Shown piece by piece: positions 20,596 through 28,016 of a stretch of 64,000 bases of DNA. The translations under genes were made by a program, and so were the position numbers. Within the stretch, counting starts at the first letter, position 1; each line of letters starts with the position of its first letter. Below the pieces are notes generated by a model. It saw only the letters and a list, made by a program, of their open reading frames with translations. It did no database searches and was not told the DNA's origin. This DNA comes from a virus (Duplodnaviria; Caudoviricetes): positions 76,181 through 140,180 of the IMG/VR virus record IMGVR_UViG_3300021133_000001; one strand, written 5' to 3'.

Positions 20596-21663
20596 TTAGT
20601 GTACGAAAGTAAATATAGCTGCAGTTAATAAAAGTAAGAACGCCCAAGTGCCTAATGCTTTGTAGTATGTAGATAAAGGCGTACCAAAGTAACGTTTACC
20701 AATCATAACACATTCATGCATAGGTGTTAATAAATACCCACAATAATCTAATGCAAAGAACCATAACAGATACTGTTTACCGAATACTGTTGTAGCTAAT
20801 ACAGTTAATGCGGCAAATTTACCGTCACTACCCATACTAAAGCTAGCAGCAAATAGTAGCATACTAATAATATACATACCACTAAATGTATGCGGGTCTA
20901 AACCCCAGTTTCTCACTGCGTGTTCAATCCAGGCTCTATGTTCTTGCATATAACCCGATGTAAAAAAGATAACACCAATTAATGCAATAGTAGTCCAGTT
21001 GACATAACTACTAATCTTTTTCCAGCTATAGGTCTTAGTAATATACAGATAATAAGCTAATAGAGTACCGAAGATAGGAAACACTAACTCTGGGCCTTCT
21101 CCTCCAAGTAGCATATACGTAAGAACAGCAGCAATAAACGGTATTACGTTTTTGATAAAGCTACTAGCACCGAGATTTTCTTGAGGTGTAATTTCTATCT
21201 CATCTTCTTTAATAACAAAGAATAAATAGTAAAAAATAAATGCAGCACTAACAGCTATTAACGGCCATAACATTTTTAACCATACTGCATATGTAATACC
21301 GAACGCTGCCATTGGTAATATTACTGGTTTCTCAATAGGAGACCACATATAATAGTGATGAGTAGTAAGAAAGTCAATAGGTCCAAGCTTTTGACGTGCT
21401 TTTACATCTTTTTCCTTTGAGGCTGTTGCAGTATCTAGTATACCTGCACTAACTGTACTTCTACCTTCTAGAGGTAATATACCGCTAATAAGACTAATAA
21501 CAGCAATAACTAACTTGTTACTTTTAAGTTTAAATTTTAACCATCCATACGTACATCCGAATAGGTTATGCTCTTTGGCAATACCCGCTACTACCATAAT
21601 AGTAAAGAGTACAAAGAGATAGATTTCGTCTCCGAGATAAAAACGGTCTAAAAAGTCACTCAT
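20596..21663 (-). CDS. Multi-pass membrane transporter (ion-transporter superfamily-like: CitM/ArsB/DUF401 type)
   Basis: About 9-11 hydrophobic segments; ISGILPLEGR, THHYYMWSPIEKPVILP and GYLLTPMHEC; the SPxH/TPxHxC-type re-entrant motifs recall IT-superfamily permeases. Confidence 0.7.
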   Translation of the reverse strand: MSDFLDRFYLGDEIYLFVLFTIMVVAGIAKEHNLFGCTYGWLKFKLKSNKLVIAVISLISGILPLEGRSTVSAGILDTATASKEKDVKARQKLGPIDFLTTHHYYMWSPIEKPVILPMAAFGITYAVWLKMLWPLIAVSAAFIFYYLFFVIKEDEIEITPQENLGASSFIKNVIPFIAAVLTYMLLGGEGPELVFPIFGTLLAYYLYITKTYSWKKISSYVNWTTIALIGVIFFTSGYMQEHRAWIEHAVRNWGLDPHTFSGMYIISMLLFAASFSMGSDGKFAALTVLATTVFGKQYLLWFFALDYCGYLLTPMHECVMIGKRYFGTPLSTYYKALGTWAFLLLLTAAIFTFVH

Positions 21664-21677
21664 AGCTATATTTTATA

Positions 21678-23312
21678 TTATTTCTTTACAATAGCCAGGT
21701 AAAAACCATTCCACCACATATCAGGATCTTCTAAATCATTTAATAATATCTTATCGTATATTACTTCTAAACCAGCATCAGCAATACCGCGTTTAGCACC
21801 GCTAACTACTCCATCAAAATTTGCATCGTCAAATATAAGAACAGCTTCATCTACTAGCTTATCTGCAAAGTACATTATAGCTTGATAGTTAGCTTCTTCG
21901 CTATGATCTGCATCATAAAAGAAAAAGTCTATATTACCAATATCAGACTTGTCGACTTGTAAAAAATGGCTATTGAATACCTTTAAAGTGTTACTACCTT
22001 TATACTTTTTAGCATTCTCAATAAATTTTTCTTTTGAGGATTCAAGATCAACTTTACCGTTAGCAGACTTGGTTTGTTCTTGCCAATGATCGACTGCATA
22101 AGCTCTAAGATTGTTATCTTTAATAGTAGCACAAAACGTACCACCGTTTAACACACCCACTTCAAGGTAACCTGTCGATATTTTACCAATACCGTTTAAT
22201 AGCTGTTTCATTTTGTCTGAAGTAATACCTTCTACAGTATCTCCTATTGGTTGATTAACAGTGTCTATTAGTAATTGAGCAACCTTTTCAACCTTCTTGT
22301 TGTTTTTATTACCTTTAGCTCTCCATACTTTTGTACAGTAATCACAATCCCAACAATTAAATTTACATGTCTTAATCTTTTGACGCCAAGCATTTATAGG
22401 TTTTTCTATTAAGTTAGTATCTTCAATATAAGGCTTAAACCCGTCAAATAATAACTCTTCTTTATTAGCGAATCTACGAATAATGTCCATAGTTTCGTTT
22501 AAACGGTTACTATTCTCTCTACCGTGCATTTTAATCGTATCAATACCTAACTCTAAAAACTCTAACCAATCTTCTCTCCAAGGTGGAAAGTTAGCATTAG
22601 TTAACTGTACAGCTGAATCTTGAGTCTGCCATTTAGGACAACTAACTCTACTAATAGGGTCTGTAAAGTACTGATTACCTGTTGTTCTAGTATTATTAAA
22701 GTGGTAATGCTCATCCATAACAGGACACCCACCTACACAACCTTCATTAGCTAATAAAGATAGCTTGATACCGTATTTGTCTTTAACTCTTTTTATCTCT
22801 CTAAGTCTATCATGATCTCTCATGAGTACTCGATCAAGATTAACATAGTTAAAACCAGCCTGTGCTAAAGCTGCTACTTCTCTTGGTTCTTTTACACCTC
22901 TAAGAATAGTGTTCTTGACAAATAACTCTGGAAAGTTATGTTTAACTTGCTTAGTTAACATCCAGTGAGTGTGTGGTAACGTGCAAGATCTTATACCAGC
23001 GTCATACAACGGTTTAAAGTTCTTTATCCAGGTTTCTAAGTTCTTTTGATCAGCTCGTACTGATATATTGTTAAACGTAGCTGATACAGTTATACCAGTT
23101 TCTTTCTGTACGTATAAAGCTGTTTCAATAGCAAACTGATGTGCTTCTTTTTGTACAAACACATCACCCATAGCATCCTGTAAAAAAGGATCTATTCGAC
23201 AAGTAAAATAAATGTCGTAAATGTAATCCTTATACTCCTTACAAAACGCTAAAAATGAATAGAACTGTTGTTCTGTAAGTTTAGGATTAAGCGGTATGCT
23301 AAATATCTTCAC
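21678..23312 (-). CDS. Fusion of a U32-family Fe-S domain (N-terminal ~340 aa) and a class I SAM methyltransferase (Methyltransf_24-like)
   Basis: VNLDR, LLANEGCVGGCP...RVSC, IDTIKMHGRE (cf. U32 LKIEGR), KTCKFNCWDCDYC; C-terminal YLEVGVLNGGTF, AVDHW, IDFFFYDADH, VLIFDD. Confidence 0.8.
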   Translation of the reverse strand: MKIFSIPLNPKLTEQQFYSFLAFCKEYKDYIYDIYFTCRIDPFLQDAMGDVFVQKEAHQFAIETALYVQKETGITVSATFNNISVRADQKNLETWIKNFKPLYDAGIRSCTLPHTHWMLTKQVKHNFPELFVKNTILRGVKEPREVAALAQAGFNYVNLDRVLMRDHDRLREIKRVKDKYGIKLSLLANEGCVGGCPVMDEHYHFNNTRTTGNQYFTDPISRVSCPKWQTQDSAVQLTNANFPPWREDWLEFLELGIDTIKMHGRENSNRLNETMDIIRRFANKEELLFDGFKPYIEDTNLIEKPINAWRQKIKTCKFNCWDCDYCTKVWRAKGNKNNKKVEKVAQLLIDTVNQPIGDTVEGITSDKMKQLLNGIGKISTGYLEVGVLNGGTFCATIKDNNLRAYAVDHWQEQTKSANGKVDLESSKEKFIENAKKYKGSNTLKVFNSHFLQVDKSDIGNIDFFFYDADHSEEANYQAIMYFADKLVDEAVLIFDDANFDGVVSGAKRGIADAGLEVIYDKILLNDLEDPDMWWNGFYLAIVKK

Positions 23313-24009
23313 TCTTGGTCTTAGTCTCGAGTTTCAACTGGTCCTTAGCAACATCATCAATATAAGCTAAATCTGTTCCTGCTGAACTCATTAACTGTTT
23401 CATTGTTGCTTGACCGATTGCATCAAGTCCTTTACCTAAAACCCCATTATATTTAATAGCAAGACCAAGTGTTTCTTTAACATCTGGCATCGGCATCATT
23501 AATATTGAGTCTAAGTTACCTTGACTAATACGTCCAATAGTGTTTAAGTCCATTGCAGCCTGTTTAGCCATTCTCGTTATCCAGTACTCCCGTTCTAATT
23601 GTTCATTATGAGTACCGAATTGTTGTAACGCTTCTAAGTTAGGTACAACTGCTTTTACCATGTTAACAAAGTTATTAAGTTCATTTTGAACCATAACTTC
23701 TTTTTTGTCATACATATGAATGTCCCAATCTGCTTGATCAATATCAACTTGAATAAGTTGTTTCTTTAACTCGTCTGGTTCATTTGCAATATCGCGTTCT
23801 AATATTTGCTTTTCTATCATGCGCTTTCTGCGCTGACGTTCAATTTGCTTTTGTGAACCAATACGAGTATCAATTTCTAGTAAAGCTTGACGCACTCTAC
23901 GGTAATCTGTTACTTGTGAATTTACAACAAAGTAACGAGATTGAAAATCAGACATGCCGAGAGAGTTTTCGTTCTCATCGACGAATTTAATAATATCATT
24001 ATATTCCAT
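23299..24009 (-). CDS. Coiled-coil hypothetical protein
   Basis: 236 aa, charged and helical; overlaps the U32 gene start by 14 nt. Confidence 0.75.
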   Translation of the reverse strand: MEYNDIIKFVDENENSLGMSDFQSRYFVVNSQVTDYRRVRQALLEIDTRIGSQKQIERQRRKRMIEKQILERDIANEPDELKKQLIQVDIDQADWDIHMYDKKEVMVQNELNNFVNMVKAVVPNLEALQQFGTHNEQLEREYWITRMAKQAAMDLNTIGRISQGNLDSILMMPMPDVKETLGLAIKYNGVLGKGLDAIGQATMKQLMSSAGTDLAYIDDVAKDQLKLETKTKSEDI

Positions 24010-24012
24010 ATA

Positions 24013-24678
24013 TTAGAACTGGTAACCGAATTTTACTGCACTTAATCTTGCGTTTCTTGTATCGTTCCAATGACCTCTACGCACTGCGAGGTCTTTTGGC
24101 ATTTCTATACCGAAAGTCATTTCACGTTCATAATGCAAGTCGTCTATTGTCGACAAGCTATCTATTAAAGTATGTATTCTGGCATGCGTGTCTGCATCGT
24201 AATCAGGTCTCGGATAAAGAGTATCTGTATTCGGTAGACCTAACTTTCTATCTTCCATCTCTTGTTCAAGGTGTAACTTAAGAGATTTTTTCATTAATGA
24301 AACAAGATGCGGTGTTAAATCTACAGCATCTGCAGAAACAGCTGCAAAGTTTGCGTTGTTTAAGTATACTTTTGTTTTTCTTTTACCTTTAGCTAATTCA
24401 TCTGGATCAGAAGGTAAACCTTCAACATCGGAATAAGCTTTACGGTAAGGACGAGTTTCTCCATAATGCTTGCATGCAGAAAGTTCATATTGAGTAATCT
24501 CAACTAAAGGTATATATTTTTTTACTCCTTGAAATGGAAATGCTTCCATAGAACTTACTGCAGCGTATGCGGTGTCAGTTGTAAATTCAACGACATTGAA
24601 GTTATCAAATGATGTAACTACTCTCATACCGTCTATGGTAGGTATATATCGAAAGAATTTTGCAATGTAGTATGACAT
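24013..24678 (-). CDS. Hypothetical protein
   Basis: 221 aa; 3 nt from the next gene in a compact operon. Confidence 0.7.
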   Translation of the reverse strand: MSYYIAKFFRYIPTIDGMRVVTSFDNFNVVEFTTDTAYAAVSSMEAFPFQGVKKYIPLVEITQYELSACKHYGETRPYRKAYSDVEGLPSDPDELAKGKRKTKVYLNNANFAAVSADAVDLTPHLVSLMKKSLKLHLEQEMEDRKLGLPNTDTLYPRPDYDADTHARIHTLIDSLSTIDDLHYEREMTFGIEMPKDLAVRRGHWNDTRNARLSAVKFGYQF

Positions 24679-24691
24679 GGTTTAAAGTTAT

Positions 24692-25756
24692 TTATATATT
24701 AGTACCCATTGTTCCACCTAATAGTACTGCACTACCTGTAGCACAACCGCCAGAAGAAGTACCTCCATGACCTTTCGGTTGCATAGTTGAACCACCTGTC
24801 ACTAAAGTATCACTTGTATAGTATTGTTTAAAAGAGTTATTATTTTGCACCCCATTGTAGTTACCAAGTTCATAGCCCCAATCCTGACCTATTTCGTAAT
24901 TTTCTTCTCCACCGTTGTCTCCACGGTTAATAGTAGAAATATAAGACAAAGTAACGTCGTTAAATTTATAATAATTTACACTAGCTGTATTGCCGCCACC
25001 TGCATTATAACCAACACCCCACTTACTAGACAAACCGTGATTAATACCATCTAGACCGTTTAGATACGTCCATGTACCAGTAGTCCAAGTATCAGTTGAC
25101 CATGCTAAAGATGCTGAAGAGCTACTATTAGCAATAGTACCGTAATATTGACCGAAAAAGCCTGCGCCGCTTCCTGCTGAACCACCAGACGTTACACCGT
25201 TGTAACCAACTGTACCTGCTGCAAACATTGTATCAGTTATTGTACAAAATTTATCTGTAGAAGCAGATGAACCGCAGCAAATATATACAGCTGTATTACC
25301 AGCGTTCATTAAGGTTTTGCTCTGCATACGATTATTTTTCATGTTCCAGTTATCAGTATGTGTTCTTAACGCCTCAGTTTGCATGTTCATTGATGAACAA
25401 TACGAAGATACTCCTTGAAATCCTGCATCAGGCCAAACATATGAATAATAATCACTAAAACCTACATCTATATACGCAGCACCGTTATCCATCATATCTC
25501 CTAAGTTAGTTGTAGTATCTGTGTTATGCATTGTACGGTTAGTGTTTCTCCAAGGAGAACTATTTTGATAACCACAGTGCATATACCCACGAGTGTATAT
25601 TGTGCGATAAAGAAATAAGTTATTATTAGGGTTTGGATTAATATCAACGCCTGTTGCCATCCAGCTATATCCGTCAAACACATATGTATTGTAACCGTTC
25701 GGGTTTAAGTACCGAGTGCCTGTTGATGGGGATGTTGGAAAGCTTAATACTGACAT
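24692..25756 (-). CDS. Kelch-like beta-propeller protein, paralogue B
   Basis: N-terminal LSFPxSPSTGxRY...Y.(F/W)DGYxW; about six 40-45 aa units beginning GY/VY-x-x-x-G and ending in xDT-type turns; colinear with the neighbouring gene. Confidence 0.7.
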   Translation of the reverse strand: MSVLSFPTSPSTGTRYLNPNGYNTYVFDGYSWMATGVDINPNPNNNLFLYRTIYTRGYMHCGYQNSSPWRNTNRTMHNTDTTTNLGDMMDNGAAYIDVGFSDYYSYVWPDAGFQGVSSYCSSMNMQTEALRTHTDNWNMKNNRMQSKTLMNAGNTAVYICCGSSASTDKFCTITDTMFAAGTVGYNGVTSGGSAGSGAGFFGQYYGTIANSSSSASLAWSTDTWTTGTWTYLNGLDGINHGLSSKWGVGYNAGGGNTASVNYYKFNDVTLSYISTINRGDNGGEENYEIGQDWGYELGNYNGVQNNNSFKQYYTSDTLVTGGSTMQPKGHGGTSSGGCATGSAVLLGGTMGTNI

Positions 25757-25757
25757 A

Positions 25758-26825
25758 TTATATTGTAGTACCTAGTACTCCTCCTAAGATTAAACAGCTA
25801 CCTGTACCACAAGCACCAGAAGACGCGCCTCCGTGACCTTTCGGTTGCATAGTTGAACCACCAGCTACACATGAGTCTGTTGTATATGAAACTTTTGTAG
25901 AGTTATTTGTTTGTCCACTTCCGTTGTAAGAACCTATAGTATAACCCCAATCCTGCCCTACTTGACAGTTTTCTTCACCACAAGTCTCTGGACGACTTAT
26001 ACTTGATACGTATGTTCTAGTTACATCGTTAAATTTATATAAAGTTGATGAACCAGCATATGAACCAGGCGCATTATACCCGTATCCCCATTTACTCGAC
26101 AAACCTTTTGGTTGTCCGTCTGTACTACTATAACCTGAAAAAATATTTTGACTGGTCCATGTTTCTGTACTCCAGGTAAAATAACCACCACCACTATTAG
26201 CGTTTATAATACCGTAATATTGACCCCAAAAACCACTAAGACCACCAGCTGTACCACCAGAAGATGAGCTAGCAGCTACTAAGTTAGCTGCTATCATAGT
26301 ATCTGAAGCTGTAATAAATTTATCTGTTGAAGAATTATTACCACCCGTAATGTATATTGCAGTGAGATCAGCATTCATTAACGCTTTACAGTTTTGACGA
26401 CTTACCGTTGTATTCCAGATACTATTATACGATCTCAAGCTTTCTGTTACCATACTCATTGACGAAGTGTAAGCAGAGGTTCCTTGCACACTACCTGAGT
26501 CGTTAAATACATACGTGTTGTAGTCGCTAAAACCACCGTCAATATACGATGCACCGCGGTCCATCATATCCCCTAAGTTAGTTGTAGTGTCTGTTACATG
26601 TAAAGTTCTATTAGTATTTCTCCAAGGAGAACTATTTTGATAACCGCAGTGCATATACCCTCTAGTGTACATTGTACGATAAAGGAAAGGGTTAGCGTTA
26701 ACCGGGTTAGTACCTAATGATTGACCAGTTGCACACCAGGTATAACCGTCCCAAAAGTAAAAATAACCGGTATAGGCATTATACCGGTTACCAGTTGAAG
26801 GAGAACTTGGAAAGCTAAGAGCCAT
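25758..26825 (-). CDS. Kelch-like beta-propeller protein, paralogue A
   Basis: Shares FLYRTxYTRGYMHCGYQNSSPWRNTNRT, TDTTTNLGDMMD, GLSSKWG, YKFNDVT, GEEN, GQDWGY and GGSTMQPKGHGGxSSGxCxTG with 24692..25756. Confidence 0.7.
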   Translation of the reverse strand: MALSFPSSPSTGNRYNAYTGYFYFWDGYTWCATGQSLGTNPVNANPFLYRTMYTRGYMHCGYQNSSPWRNTNRTLHVTDTTTNLGDMMDRGASYIDGGFSDYNTYVFNDSGSVQGTSAYTSSMSMVTESLRSYNSIWNTTVSRQNCKALMNADLTAIYITGGNNSSTDKFITASDTMIAANLVAASSSSGGTAGGLSGFWGQYYGIINANSGGGYFTWSTETWTSQNIFSGYSSTDGQPKGLSSKWGYGYNAPGSYAGSSTLYKFNDVTRTYVSSISRPETCGEENCQVGQDWGYTIGSYNGSGQTNNSTKVSYTTDSCVAGGSTMQPKGHGGASSGACGTGSCLILGGVLGTTI

Positions 26826-26828
26826 GTC

Positions 26829-28007
26829 TTACTTTTTAACTAAACTTTTTAGTTCTTCTATTTGAGCTTGCTGTTCTTTTATTGCTTCAATAAGAAGAGG
26901 TATAATTTTTTCGTACTGCACTGTTTTAAAGTTATTACCGGACTTAGAACTAATTGTACCGTCGTTGTTTACTAATACATCAAACGGTGCAGGTTTAATT
27001 ACTTCTGGTAATACTTCTTCTACTTCTTGAGCAATAACACCTACTTGTAATTCATCGGAAGTATAACCGTACTGTTTAGCGGTTTCGTTATTAGTGTAAT
27101 ATACACCGTTTAAAGATAATACTTTAGGTAGAGCACCGCTAATATTACTCTTAATATCTTTAAGTCTCTTATCTGAATAGTAAGCTGCAACATTGCCTGT
27201 TGCATATACACTACCGTAAACTGTTAAACTACCAGAAACACCTACGTTACCGTAAATGTTACCACCAGATGTTCTAAAAATTAGAGAAGGATCAACTACA
27301 GGTGTAGCTGCAACCCATTGACTGTTGTACCAAACGTTTAATACGCCTGTATCTGAATTCCACCACAGGTAGCCGTTTGCAGCACCGCTAGGGGTACCGT
27401 TATTAACACCACTTTGTACTATAGCATTATTACTAATGCCTTGAGAGCCTTGAGCGCCCTGCGCTCCTGAACCAGTTGCACCTTGAGAACCAGTGGAACC
27501 AGTAGCCCCTTGAGCTCCTGTTGCTCCTTGTGCGCCAGTAGAACCAGTGGAACCAGTAGCCCCTTGAGCTCCTGTTGCTCCTTGTGCGCCAGTAGAACCA
27601 GTTGAACCAGTAGCCCCTTGAGCTCCTGTTGCTCCTTGAGCACCATTAGATCCGTTACTACCTGTTGCGCCTTGAGCACCGGTGGAACCTTTAGCTCCTT
27701 GTGCGCCTGTAGCCCCTTGGGCACCTGTTGCACCTGTAGCACCTTGAGCACCGTTTTGCCCGGTTGTACCGTTAACACCTTGTGCTCCTTGAGCGCCTGT
27801 AGCACCTTGAGCGCCGTTTAAACCATTTACGCCTGATATACCTTGAGCACCTTGAGCACCTTGTAATCCGGTATAACCTTGAGGTCCAATTGCGCCTTGT
27901 GCACCTTGAGAACCAGTTTGTCCTGTTTGACCGGTTGCACCTTGCGGGCCTTGAGTGCCTGAAAATCCTGAAGCTCCTTGTATACTATATGTAAACGGTG
28001 TAGCCAT
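26829..28007 (-). CDS. Collagen-like fibre with C-terminal S74 chaperone
   Basis: About 60 GAQ/GAT/GST triplets; [13 protein letters not shown]...W module; YSDKRLK...[15 protein letters not shown]...[16 protein letters not shown]. Confidence 0.9.
   Translation of the reverse strand: MATPFTYSIQGASGFSGTQGPQGATGQTGQTGSQGAQGAIGPQGYTGLQGAQGAQGISGVNGLNGAQGATGAQGAQGVNGTTGQNGAQGATGATGAQGATGAQGAKGSTGAQGATGSNGSNGAQGATGAQGATGSTGSTGAQGATGAQGATGSTGSTGAQGATGAQGATGSTGSQGATGSGAQGAQGSQGISNNAIVQSGVNNGTPSGAANGYLWWNSDTGVLNVWYNSQWVAATPVVDPSLIFRTSGGNIYGNVGVSGSLTVYGSVYATGNVAAYYSDKRLKDIKSNISGALPKVLSLNGVYYTNNETAKQYGYTSDELQVGVIAQEVEEVLPEVIKPAPFDVLVNNDGTISSKSGNNFKTVQYEKIIPLLIEAIKEQQAQIEELKSLVKK
27487..27638. repeat. 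54-bp near-exact tandem repeat (~2.8 copies) within the collagen tract
   Basis: gaaccagtggaaccagtagccccttgagctcctgttgctccttgtgcgccagta at 27487 and 27541; partial copy at 27595 with one mismatch. Confidence 0.9.
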
Positions 28008-28016
28008 ATATTATAT

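Noticed and set aside
21678-23312. Calling the U32 protein a collagenase acting on the collagen-like fibres
   Set aside because: The collagenase label is a legacy annotation; characterised U32 proteins are Fe-S hydroxylation factors, and the Cys motifs plus MTase fusion fit that better. Not formally excluded.
24692-26825. Diversity-generating retroelement (TR/VR pair) among duplicated adhesin segments
   Set aside because: No reverse transcriptase in the window; both copies are full ORFs and differences are not confined to adenines.
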